Assembly (NCBI GenBank): GCA_963778555.1
Contig: CAVZUR010000004.1
Span: forward strand, 101,112-165,111
Reading direction: 5' to 3'
DNA: 64,000 bases
Origin: Candidatus Moraniibacteriota bacterium
GTDB lineage: Bacteria; Patescibacteriota; Minisyncoccia; Moranbacterales; UBA1568
The position numbers were made by a program, and so were the translations under genes. Below the pieces are notes generated by a model. The model was not told the origin of the DNA. It saw only the letters and a list, made by a program, of their open reading frames with translations, and searched no databases. Every line of letters begins with the position of its first letter. The stretch's first letter is position 1. Positions 1-9,060 of this stretch are shown here, piece by piece.

Positions 1-58
1 CCACCACCACCGATTATCGCTACCTGATACTCCTCGATTGAGCCATTCCATAGGATTA

Positions 59-87
59 TTGACACTTGGATGCGAAATCGCTATACT
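59..87 (+). promoter_or_regulatory. sigma70-type promoter candidate upstream of rpmA (TTGACA-17 nt-TATACT)
   Basis: TTGACA at 59-64, 17-nt spacer, TATACT at 82-87, about 48 nt upstream of the rpmA ATG. Confidence 0.4.
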
Positions 88-134
88 GCTCCCGTATCTC
101 TTTTGAAGGCCTATTGTAGGCCACAACCATAAAT

Positions 135-419
135 ATGGCAACTAGAAAAGCTGGCGGATCAACCGCCCTCGGCCGCGATTCCATCTCCAAACGACTCGGT
201 GTGAAGATTTATGGTGGCCAAACCGCTCATGAAGGAAACGTGCTCATCCGCCAGCGTGGCACCAAGTATCATGCCGGCAAAAACGTCGAGCGGGGTGCTG
301 ACGACACGCTCTTTGCTCTGACCAACGGCACGGTGGCGTTCGAAGAACGCAAAGTGAAAGCCTTTACCGGCAAGCTCGAAAAACGCATGTTCGTCCATAT
401 CGTTCCAGCAAAAGTCTGA
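135..419 (+). CDS. rpmA: 50S ribosomal protein L27
   Basis: Intact 94-aa ORF with L27 signature GGSTxxGRDSxSKRLGVK...[15 protein letters not shown]. Confidence 0.95.
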   Translation: MATRKAGGSTALGRDSISKRLGVKIYGGQTAHEGNVLIRQRGTKYHAGKNVERGADDTLFALTNGTVAFEERKVKAFTGKLEKRMFVHIVPAKV

Positions 420-433
420 AGTTTTCTCTCGAA

Positions 434-464
434 GAAAAAACCTCACTGCACGTGAGGTTTTTTT
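434..464. terminator. bidirectional intrinsic terminator between convergent rpmA and pyrG
   Basis: A-run 434-440, stem cctcac(441-446)/gtgagg(452-457), T-run 458-464. Confidence 0.6.
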
Positions 465-484
465 AATGCCATTGCTCAGAGATT

Positions 485-2137
485 CTATTTCCGTCGCTTG
501 ATGGCCGCTTTAATGAAGGCATTGAAAATCGGATGCGGTTTGAGAATCGATGATTGGAATTCAGGATGAAACTGCACTCCCACGAAAAAGGGATGGACAC
601 GCCTTGGCAATTCCGCAATCTCCATAAGGATTCCGTCCGGAGAAGTTCCGGAAAAAACCAGTCCCGCCTCTCGAAGCCGAGCCACATACTCGGGACTCAC
701 TTCATAGCGGTGACGGTGACGCTCGATGATCTTTTTCGCCCCATATGCCTGTTCAGCCAGTGTACCTTTTTTGAGTACAGCGGCGTACTCCCCGAGGCGC
801 ATGGTACCGCCGTAATCCTTCTGGGCGAGTTTCGCTTTCTGTTCCGGCAAGATATCAATGACGGGATGCGGCGTTTTCGGATTGACTTCAACTGTATTCG
901 CAGACTTCAATTTGGCGACATGCCGAGCATACTCGATTACAGCGAGCTGCATGCCGTAACAGATGCCGAAAAACGGAATTGTTTTCTTTCGGCAATATTC
1001 GATCGCGAGGATTTTCCCTTCGACGCCTCGAGCACCGAAACCACCCGGGATGAGCACACCATCGAACCCCGAAAGCTCCCGCACCTTTTTCGCATCCTTT
1101 TCATACTCCGCCGCATCAATCCACGTGAGCTCGGGTCGGCGATGATTCACGTAGGCCGCGTGCTTGATTGATTCAATGACGCTGATATACGCGTCAGAAA
1201 GAACAAAATCGCCCGTTTTGAAGTATTTTCCGACTATCGCAACTTTCACAACACGTTTTAGGCGGCGGATATCGGACACTTTTTTCTTCCACGGAGATAG
1301 TGCCGACTTTCGTGATTTCAGATGGAAGCGCTCCAGAATAGCGTCTGAGAGTGCATCTTTCTCGAAATTAATCGGCACGTCATAGATGCTCTCGACGTCT
1401 GGAGCGCTGATAACGGACTGAGGCCGCATGCTGCACGAGACGGCAATCTTCTCTTTGCGGCGCTCGTCGAGCGGTCGCTCGGCCCGGGCAATAATGAAGT
1501 CCGCTTGGATACCGGCGCTATTCAAGGTCCGTGACGCATACTGAGTCGGCTTGGTTTTCATCTCGCCGATCTTGTTCGGAATCGGCAGATAGGAAACGAG
1601 CACGAAAAGCACGCTTTCAGGATCCTCATTCTTCATCATCCGAGCCGCCTCAAGAAAGAGGATATTCTGGTACTCGCCGATGGTTCCGCCGATCTCAATG
1701 ATGGTCACATCCGCCTTGGCCTTGTCTGCCGCGTGACGTATCGTCCCAATCACTTCGAGCGGAATATGCGGTACCACCTCAACACATTTTCCATGATACT
1801 CCAGGTTGCGCTCCCGACCGATGACGCGCTGATAGACCGATCCAGTCGTCATGTAATTGTCACGCGAGAGCTGAAGTCCCATGAAGCGCTCATAGTTCCC
1901 CATATCTTGATCCGTCTCGTATCCATCGGCCAGAACAAACACTTCGCCATGTTCCGTCGGGTTCATCGTCCCCGCGTCAACATTGATGTACGGATCAATT
2001 TTGATCGCCGTCACGGTAAGCCCTCGCGCCTGGAGAATTTTACCGATTGACGACGCTGCCACCCCTTTTCCCACCCCGCTCATCACGCCTCCAACGACAA
2101 AAATATACTTTCTGGACCGTTTTTGTTTCTCTTTCAT
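485..2137 (-). CDS. pyrG: CTP synthase
   Basis: Intact 550-aa ORF with N-terminal synthetase domain (VVGGVMSGVGKG) and C-terminal glutamine amidotransferase (GICYGMQ). Confidence 0.95.
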   Translation of the reverse strand: MKEKQKRSRKYIFVVGGVMSGVGKGVAASSIGKILQARGLTVTAIKIDPYINVDAGTMNPTEHGEVFVLADGYETDQDMGNYERFMGLQLSRDNYMTTGSVYQRVIGRERNLEYHGKCVEVVPHIPLEVIGTIRHAADKAKADVTIIEIGGTIGEYQNILFLEAARMMKNEDPESVLFVLVSYLPIPNKIGEMKTKPTQYASRTLNSAGIQADFIIARAERPLDERRKEKIAVSCSMRPQSVISAPDVESIYDVPINFEKDALSDAILERFHLKSRKSALSPWKKKVSDIRRLKRVVKVAIVGKYFKTGDFVLSDAYISVIESIKHAAYVNHRRPELTWIDAAEYEKDAKKVRELSGFDGVLIPGGFGARGVEGKILAIEYCRKKTIPFFGICYGMQLAVIEYARHVAKLKSANTVEVNPKTPHPVIDILPEQKAKLAQKDYGGTMRLGEYAAVLKKGTLAEQAYGAKKIIERHRHRYEVSPEYVARLREAGLVFSGTSPDGILMEIAELPRRVHPFFVGVQFHPEFQSSILKPHPIFNAFIKAAIKRRK

Positions 2138-2162
2138 AGGGTTAAGATTATTCGATTACAGA

Positions 2163-2200
2163 GAAAGAGCCGCCTTCGGTGCGAAGTTCGGCTCTTTTTA
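2163..2200 (-). terminator. hairpin downstream of rplI (possible terminator)
   Basis: 9-bp stem aaagagccg/cggctcttt with nested cttcg/cgaag; T-rich flank is better on the plus side, so the orientation is ambiguous. Confidence 0.35.
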
Positions 2201-2214
2201 AGGAATCATGGATA

Positions 2215-2652
2215 CTATTCAGCGACGACGGAAATCGTCACCGTTGCCTTCGCATCACCGGCCTCCAATTTCACCGCGTGTTCACCCACTGTTTTGATCG
2301 GATGCTTCAGTTTCACCATCTCATCCACGATTTCGACATCGCTCAATTTGGCTGCCATAACGATATCCTCAGCCGAAACCGAGCCGAAGAGTTTTCCGCC
2401 TTCAGCTTTGGCAGTGATTGTGAAAGTCATACCGTCGAGCCGCTTCATCGAAACCGCCAGCTCGGCGATTTTGGCGGACTTTTCAGCACTCCGTTTCGCG
2501 AGAGACTTTTCAATGGACTTCACCATACCCGCCGTCGCCAGCTCCGCTAAGCCTTCCGGCAAGAGATAGTTAAATGCAAAGCCACGCTTGACTTCTTTAA
2601 TGTCCCCCGCCTGACCGACGTTGGCAACATTCGATACGAGAATGACTTTCAT
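2215..2652 (-). CDS. rplI: 50S ribosomal protein L9
   Basis: MKVILVSNVANVGQAGDIKEVKRGFAFNYLLP... L9 signature; start taken at the internal Met of ORF 2215..2709. Confidence 0.9.
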   Translation of the reverse strand: MKVILVSNVANVGQAGDIKEVKRGFAFNYLLPEGLAELATAGMVKSIEKSLAKRSAEKSAKIAELAVSMKRLDGMTFTITAKAEGGKLFGSVSAEDIVMAAKLSDVEIVDEMVKLKHPIKTVGEHAVKLEAGDAKATVTISVVAE

Positions 2653-2728
2653 ATCTTCAGTAATACAAAACTTATGTTCTATCCTAGCCCTTTCTTGTGA
2701 TTTTGACAAGCGGTGTCACCCGCGGCAA

Positions 2729-2768
2729 TAAAAAAAGCCCGCTGAGCTCCATGGAGTAACAGCGGGCG
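2729..2768 (-). terminator. intrinsic terminator (minus-strand orientation)
   Basis: Stem gcccgctg(2737-2744)/cagcgggc(2760-2767), followed on the minus strand by T7ATT. Confidence 0.6.
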
Positions 2769-2783
2769 ATTGATGCCGGACCA

Positions 2784-3685
2784 CTAGCGCCAATCGACAA
2801 TGGCTTCGATGTTGAGGCCGTGCGGTAAATTCGTCTCAAGCGATCCGATGCGCGCAATGGTCGCGATACCGACATGGGCGCCGTTTGTCTGCGGACCGCG
2901 GAGAAAGTGGGTCTGACGGAGGATTTCCGGCCAGGACTCGGGCAATATCGTGGGCGTAACGTACAGGATGCGTTTTCCGGAGAAGAGGTGGCCCCGATCA
3001 TCGCTGGTGCGATGCAAACGGTATTCGGTCGCGGATCCCCGCTTCAGTCGATACAGCCTCCAGCAGACGATGCGGGACTTCTGAACCGTACTGCTCAGTC
3101 AACCCCTCCGTCAGCCTTGAAGCAAGGACGGCACCATATTCGCCGTAGCTCACAACGACATCGAAACGCTTTTCTTCAGCGGTCAGGCGACGGACGAGTT
3201 CCTGAACAAACATTCTCACTACGCTGCTGTGATCCAGAATGAAGCGCTGGAGAACGTTCCGAACATCGTAGACGGCTTGGTCATCACCGTCACGGCCAAC
3301 GATGAGCGATTGAACGACCGTGAGTCGTGCCAGTTCGAAGATCGAACGGCATTTCTTGCTTGATGGCAGTCACCATGGAATACCTCCCTTTTGGTCGCAC
3401 CACTCGAAGCGATGGCGTATCGGATTTCGGAACGTTCGGAACACTATCTCCTTTCGAACGATTAAAGCCCATAGCGAGTTGCCCCGCTGGCACGGTCGGA
3501 ACCGCTGTTGTTGGAGCGTACCGGTGTTGGTGGGAAGCTGAGTCGGCTTCCGTTTCAGACGCCCCCCAATGCATTTTTCGTAAGAAATTCCTCCCGGCGA
3601 CAAGTACCGAATGCGGAAAGAATTGACTCCCAATGGGTGTTTCCTCTCTGGTCGCCATGACCATTCTCCTCCATATATGAAACAC
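2784..3685 (-). pseudogene. unidentified gene split into three consecutive frame-shifted ORF fragments (2784-3017, 2998-3219, 3290-3685)
   Basis: Three minus-strand ORFs in different frames abut or overlap end to end with no intergenic space; the family was not recognised from sequence alone. Confidence 0.35.
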
Positions 3686-3765
3686 AGAAACGCTGTGCGC
3701 GCCTGGTTAGACGAAATTAAAGAACAAATGTCTGATTATTACATTTATACACCTTTTGTCAACAG

Positions 3766-4827
3766 TTAGAGACTACAGAATAACAGGCTGTCTCCGAACG
3801 AATAGAAGGCGAACTTCTCTTGAAGAGCGATCTGGTAGAGGTCCACAACCCCTTTCTTTGCAGTTTTGTCTTTGAGAAAAGCGTCGACGAGCAGCATCAG
3901 CGATGTCCGCGGAAGATGAAAATTCGTGAGCAAAACATCAACCGATCTGAAATGGTAAATGGCGGGATAGATAAACGTCTCAATCGATCCATGAAACGGC
4001 TGAAACAGGCCTTTCTGCAGCAATGGTTTCAAGTGTCCGAGCAACGGTCGTCCCCACCGCCACAATTTTATTTCCTGACTGCTTTGCAGCATTCAACCTG
4101 ATCGCTGTTCCTTCTGAAACCTCACGGACTCGCGATGCAGTTTTCTTGTTTCAAAGTTTTTTTCCGAAAGCGGAGCAAATGTCCCCAAGCCGACATCTAG
4201 CGTGATGACAGCACGCCCAATCCCTTTCGTCTCCAACGTGCTGAACACATCATCGGTAAAGTGGAGCGAAGCAGTCGGGGCCGCCACCGAAGCGCCCCTT
4301 GTCGCAAACACGGTCTGATAGCGCGCTCGAAGAACTGCTTCGTCCGGCACCCCATCGCCCTCGAGGTAATGCGGGATCGGGGTCCGACCGAACTGCCTCA
4401 AGCAATTCGAACAGCGTGCGGTCGCTGACAAGCCGAAAGTAGAATCTCTGTTCCTCTTGCTTTTCAGCGATCAGCCGGCTACTGTCAGGGAAACAGAGCG
4501 CGTCGCCGATATGAATCTTTCGATCGACCACAGCTGGGATGAGCCCTTCTCTATTCCATTCATTAACGAGGACTAAAACCTCAATTTTTCCGCCGGTCGG
4601 CTTCCGGAGCCAGAGACGCGCCGGCCAAACACGAGTATTATTGAGTACAATCACCGACCCGGCCGGTAGATAGGCAGCGACATTCCGAAAGGTATCGAAG
4701 TGCACGGAATCTGACACCGTGTCATAGACGAACAGCCGGGCGCTATCGCGCGGCTCAAGCGGCACTTTCCGGATGAGCTCGGGTGGGAGTTGATAGTCGT
4801 ACTGAGAGAGATCAGAAAAATGCATAT
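3766..4827 (-). CDS. queA: S-adenosylmethionine:tRNA ribosyltransferase-isomerase (QueA), frame interrupted at least 3 times
   Basis: N-terminal MHFSDLSQYDYQLPPELI, middle RYQTVFA..SVAAPTASLHFT..ITLDVGLGTF, then KIVAVGTTVARTLE (only in a third frame), then C-terminal LLTNFHLPRTSLMLLVDAF...YSFGDS; the pieces lie in three frames. Confidence 0.85.
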
Positions 4828-4908
4828 GTCCCACAGTATAGCAAAAAAGAAAAACGGGGCCCGTGGCGCATGGATTACATACGCCCGGTGCCCCATGAGA
4901 AGGATGAT

Positions 4909-5649
4909 TCAATCCTGAGAATGGGTTATGGCTAACCAATTCTCGTCCGTCGCTTTCGGTTTGATGGCTTCGGAGCCGATACGACAGAGTGGACACTCGT
5001 CCGCTGTCCAGTCCTGGATGCGCCGGCTCACGATCGAGAGCACGGGAAACTCGCCGTACCGTTTAACCGAAACCGCCTCCAAACCTCCGCGATTGATGAT
5101 GACCGGATTGATTCGGGTAATCTGCGCGGTTGGTGGACAAAACGACGATTCAAGGATAGCCGTGACGGCTTCAGCGAAGCCCGTTCCACGCGTGCAGAAA
5201 TCCTCGATGAGCAGCAGTTGAGATCGATCAGGAACTGGTTCCATGAGCCTGATCTTGCCGTCCACTTTCGCCAAGGTCAGGTGCGGTTTACCCAGGATTT
5301 CGGCTACCGCTCGACCCAATTGCGTCGCACCGTCCGGAATACCGGCGACATGGGTCGGTCGCTCGACATCCGCAATAACGAGTCGTTTCACCAACTGCTC
5401 GGCCAGGATCCGCCGGATGTTTTCAGCGGCGAGAAGGATGCGCGAAACAAAGAACCCGTCGCTGTGCAGGCCTGATTTGAGACTCGCGTGCAGACCAGGT
5501 TTGATCAAAGCGCGATCGTAATGGTACGTCCAAAATGCACCAAGGACGGTCGCCAAATGAAGAATTTCTTCCGGCCGTAAGCGCCGATCCACGTCAGTCG
5601 GCCTGAGTCCAAGAATACCGGCGCGGTCAAGGCGTAGGATATCGATCAT
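4909..5649 (-). CDS. pyrE: phosphoribosyltransferase, orotate PRTase-like (PRPP-binding motif LLLIEDFCTRGTG), with C-terminal CxxC tail
   Basis: PRTase type-I fold motifs and position immediately upstream of pyrF; identity as PyrE is inferred. Confidence 0.6.
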   Translation of the reverse strand: MIDILRLDRAGILGLRPTDVDRRLRPEEILHLATVLGAFWTYHYDRALIKPGLHASLKSGLHSDGFFVSRILLAAENIRRILAEQLVKRLVIADVERPTHVAGIPDGATQLGRAVAEILGKPHLTLAKVDGKIRLMEPVPDRSQLLLIEDFCTRGTGFAEAVTAILESSFCPPTAQITRINPVIINRGGLEAVSVKRYGEFPVLSIVSRRIQDWTADECPLCRIGSEAIKPKATDENWLAITHSQD

Positions 5650-5669
5650 AGTTTCCTCCTTCTACCTTT

Positions 5670-6569
5670 TCAGGCGTTGGCGTACTGACGAATACTCCCA
5701 TCGAGCGTTTGTGTTTCGGCGCGCGGGTCGGCGGCATAGATGATGCCACGAGACGAATTGATGATCATCCCTTGACCGTGTTGGTCGCGGCCATTCCGAA
5801 CCGTCGCTTCGATATCGCCGCCCTGGGCGCCAATGCCTGGGATGAGAAGCGGCAGATCACCGACGATTCGACGTACCTCACCGAGCTCCGCCGGATAGGT
5901 AGCGCCGACGACGAGCGCGCAATTGCCACGCTCATTCCAATGCCGGGCAACGCGGTAAGCGACGTGTTGGTACAGACTGGCAATTGCTTGCATCTGACCG
6001 CAGACATTCAGCATACCTCCGCCCGACTGCTCGAAGAATGCATGTTCAGCCGCATCGTCGATGAGAACCCGAGAATCCTGGAACTCGCCGGCGCCCTGAT
6101 TCGAGGTTCGGCAAAGCACGATGATGCCCTTGTCTTCCTGTGCGAGGAATGGAGCCAAGGCCTCGCGACCCAGGTAGGGATTGACAGTGATGGCATCCGC
6201 CCGGAGTAGCTCAAACGCGGCTTGAACCGAACCGAGATTCGTACTCCCGATATCGCCTCGCTTCGCGTCTAAGATGACGGGAATGTTCGGCGCCGCCTCA
6301 TGGATGAAGCGGATGATGTCCTCCAAGGCGCTCATGCCAGCCTGGCCATAGGCCTCGTAGAAGGCGACATTGGGCTTGTACGCGCACACAATATCAGCCG
6401 TCAGTTGGATAATCCGCTCCGCGAAATCGTACAGACGAATATCGGTATCCGCCTTGCGACGTCTCAAATACTCTGGGAATTGATCGAGATCGAGGTCAAG
6501 CCCGACACAGACGGCTTTGCCTTCGGCGAAACGCGCGTGCAAGAGCTCCATGAAATGACGCTTGGACAT
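5670..6569 (-). CDS. pyrF: orotidine 5'-phosphate decarboxylase (type 2, long form)
   Basis: 299 aa; KPNVAFYE and ILDAKRGDIGST motifs. Confidence 0.85.
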   Translation of the reverse strand: MSKRHFMELLHARFAEGKAVCVGLDLDLDQFPEYLRRRKADTDIRLYDFAERIIQLTADIVCAYKPNVAFYEAYGQAGMSALEDIIRFIHEAAPNIPVILDAKRGDIGSTNLGSVQAAFELLRADAITVNPYLGREALAPFLAQEDKGIIVLCRTSNQGAGEFQDSRVLIDDAAEHAFFEQSGGGMLNVCGQMQAIASLYQHVAYRVARHWNERGNCALVVGATYPAELGEVRRIVGDLPLLIPGIGAQGGDIEATVRNGRDQHGQGMIINSSRGIIYAADPRAETQTLDGSIRQYANA

Positions 6570-6708
6570 GGGGTGTCCTCCAGGTTGGGTGTTGATTGGG
6601 AATGTGCTATTCTAAGCCAAAAGTTGACTTGATTGGCAGAACCAGCGTAGCGGAAATCACGCTGGACTGTCAATTGTTCCAGCAGGCGATTCTTTCATTT
6701 TTTCTGAC

Positions 6709-9006
6709 ATGACATTGCTCCTCATATTCGGGTTCGGCTTTGCCACCATCGTACTTGCCACGTGGTTTCAACAGCATTTTCTCGTCTTGATCGATGAATG
6801 GCTCGCACTCAGTCTCCCACTCCTCTGCAGTGGTCTGCTCCTCGGATTTTTGATAACCATCGTCAAAAAGCGTATAACCATTCTCCGTTTCCGACGGATT
6901 GCCCCACTGTTTGGACTGTTTCTCCTCGCTCTCTTCATCTTCAATACCGAAGCGTTTCTCATCGGACTGCTGCCCGACCGCTCGCCCCTCATCCCTTTGA
7001 ACGCCTGGGCCAGTGCCAACGGAGCGTTCGCGCTCAGGCTCGGCGAGCTCCTGGCAAGCTTCCTCGTGTTGACTGGAGTCTGCTCGTCACTCGGTCAATT
7101 CTTCATGAAGCGTCCACACATCGAGGACCCGACCACCGACGGAGGCTTTCCTTTCCTCGTCAGTCTCGCGATTGGCCTCTGCGCCATGGCAATCATCCTC
7201 CATGCGCTCGGCCTCTTTGGTTGGTTGAATCCGACTGTGATCTGGGTAAGCGTTACAACGCTCAGCATTAAAGAGTGGCGTTCCCTCTACTCCCTCATTC
7301 GCTGGCTCTTTGGCAAGGCCGAATGGCGCTTGAAGCAAGACTACCCCATCCTCATCATTCTCTCGCTCGGCCTCTTTCTCGGTGCACTCAGTCTTGTCGA
7401 GACCGTCCGGCCCGATCCGACCGGTTACGATGACATGACGACCTACATGAATCGGGCGCATATCATGTCCGAACGGCAGGCATTAATGCCGCTTAGCTAT
7501 CCCTTCCCTTTCGAAATTCTCTCTGCTGCTCTCCGCATTGCCACCACAGACGAAACACTGATGTTCGCAATGGGCTTCGGCGTCTACGCCCTCCTCTTCG
7601 GTGTCATAATCATCTACGCCTTCGGTCGTGCTGTTTTTGATCAACGGATCGGACTCATCGCCGCGGTCATCACACTATCAGTTCCGATGGCCAGCGCGCT
7701 CGCCATCCGTGAGGTGAAGCCTGACGCCCTGCTGCTGCCGATCGCCACGCTGTTCATCTGGTCGCTGGTCCGATGGATCAAAGAGAGCGAAAACCGCTTT
7801 CTCTTCACAGCCCTGTTTCTCCTCGGCTTCGCCATGACGATCAAGCTCACGGCTCTGTTTCTCATCGCTCCACTCGCCTTCGGTCTCATCGTTCGGTTCC
7901 GGTTCCGCGGTCTCACCCGTCTTGGCTGGCCCACTTTTCGAAATTGTTTCTTAGCCGCATTCTTCTTTTTTCTCCCGATTCTTTCCTGGACATTGGCGTT
8001 CCCAACAATTCCAATGCGACCCGGTGAAGTTCCGTTCAGTCTCCCCACCCTCCCCGCAAAACTTCAGAAATTTCCAGCGGGTTACACCAGCTCTCTCAGC
8101 CAAGATATGAGCCTCCTCATTGATCTGACGGACTGCGCTGCGACCGGCAGTCTCGAGGACTTCGCCCGATTCGAAATCAAACGGGGGTCAATCGCGAGTG
8201 CCCTGTTCCTACCCTGGGACCTCACAATGAATCGCCAAATCGGTTCGTCCGCTACCGAATCCGGTCCCCTGTTCCTCGCACTGCTCCCGCTCGGGCTTGT
8301 CATCGGGTTTTCATTTTTCCGTTCTTTCCGTTTGTCATGGCGCGCACATCCGTCCGTCCTTGTCGTCGGTTTCGCCATCACCTATGGAGTGCTTTGGCTC
8401 TGGTTTGCCAAACGTGTACCCTGGTATGGCTATCCCGGCATTGCACTCCTCACGCTGCTCGTCGCGGTCACGGAACGAATGTTTATGGCTCGACCGTTCT
8501 GGCATCGGTTCTTCGTCGCGCTATTGATCATCGGACTCTCCGGCCACGCGCTTCTCTGGTTGAAATCTTCAGGGCAATCCGGCCAGATCCGTTACGCTGG
8601 CGGCCAGATCGATCGTTTGGACTATCTGGAATTCTCCCTTCCAGGCTACCGGACGGTGACCGACACATTGAACCGCCAGCCAGAAAGCCGCATTTATGTG
8701 ACCGGCTCACGACTCGTGTATGGCATTCACAACAATGACTGGCGAGCACTTCTTGATACCCGTTTGGATAGTTTCAATTGTCTTGCCCGGGAAGATGATC
8801 CCGAAAAAACCCTGGCGGCCCTGCGCCGTCTGCAGATCCGCTACGTCCTCTTCTCGCGCAGCCTCCTCCAAGAGCTCGCCCAAGACTACCCTTCGACGCT
8901 CCGAAACAAAGTCGTCCGTTTCACTGACTTTGCCGGAGAACACCTCCGTGTCGTCTGGGGCTCGCCCGACTATCTTATTTTTGAAGTGCCGGCAGAGTCA
9001 AAATGA
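6709..9006 (+). CDS. large polytopic membrane protein, putative GT-C fold glycosyltransferase (ArnT/PMT-like)
   Basis: Intact 765-aa ORF with more than 10 predicted TM helices and a DD motif in the first loop (PTGYDDMTTY), typical of the GT39/GT83 families. Confidence 0.5.
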   Translation: MTLLLIFGFGFATIVLATWFQQHFLVLIDEWLALSLPLLCSGLLLGFLITIVKKRITILRFRRIAPLFGLFLLALFIFNTEAFLIGLLPDRSPLIPLNAWASANGAFALRLGELLASFLVLTGVCSSLGQFFMKRPHIEDPTTDGGFPFLVSLAIGLCAMAIILHALGLFGWLNPTVIWVSVTTLSIKEWRSLYSLIRWLFGKAEWRLKQDYPILIILSLGLFLGALSLVETVRPDPTGYDDMTTYMNRAHIMSERQALMPLSYPFPFEILSAALRIATTDETLMFAMGFGVYALLFGVIIIYAFGRAVFDQRIGLIAAVITLSVPMASALAIREVKPDALLLPIATLFIWSLVRWIKESENRFLFTALFLLGFAMTIKLTALFLIAPLAFGLIVRFRFRGLTRLGWPTFRNCFLAAFFFFLPILSWTLAFPTIPMRPGEVPFSLPTLPAKLQKFPAGYTSSLSQDMSLLIDLTDCAATGSLEDFARFEIKRGSIASALFLPWDLTMNRQIGSSATESGPLFLALLPLGLVIGFSFFRSFRLSWRAHPSVLVVGFAITYGVLWLWFAKRVPWYGYPGIALLTLLVAVTERMFMARPFWHRFFVALLIIGLSGHALLWLKSSGQSGQIRYAGGQIDRLDYLEFSLPGYRTVTDTLNRQPESRIYVTGSRLVYGIHNNDWRALLDTRLDSFNCLAREDDPEKTLAALRRLQIRYVLFSRSLLQELAQDYPSTLRNKVVRFTDFAGEHLRVVWGSPDYLIFEVPAESK

Positions 9007-9060
9007 AAGAATGGTGTTTGATGAAAAAAAGATTATAATGAAGTCACAAGGAGCGCCCCT

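Noticed and set aside
3990-4100. The in-frame TGA in queA considered as selenocysteine or programmed readthrough
   Set aside because: The conserved sequence between fragments is only readable in another frame, implying indels. No SECIS-like hairpin is present. The same shift pattern occurs in many genes.
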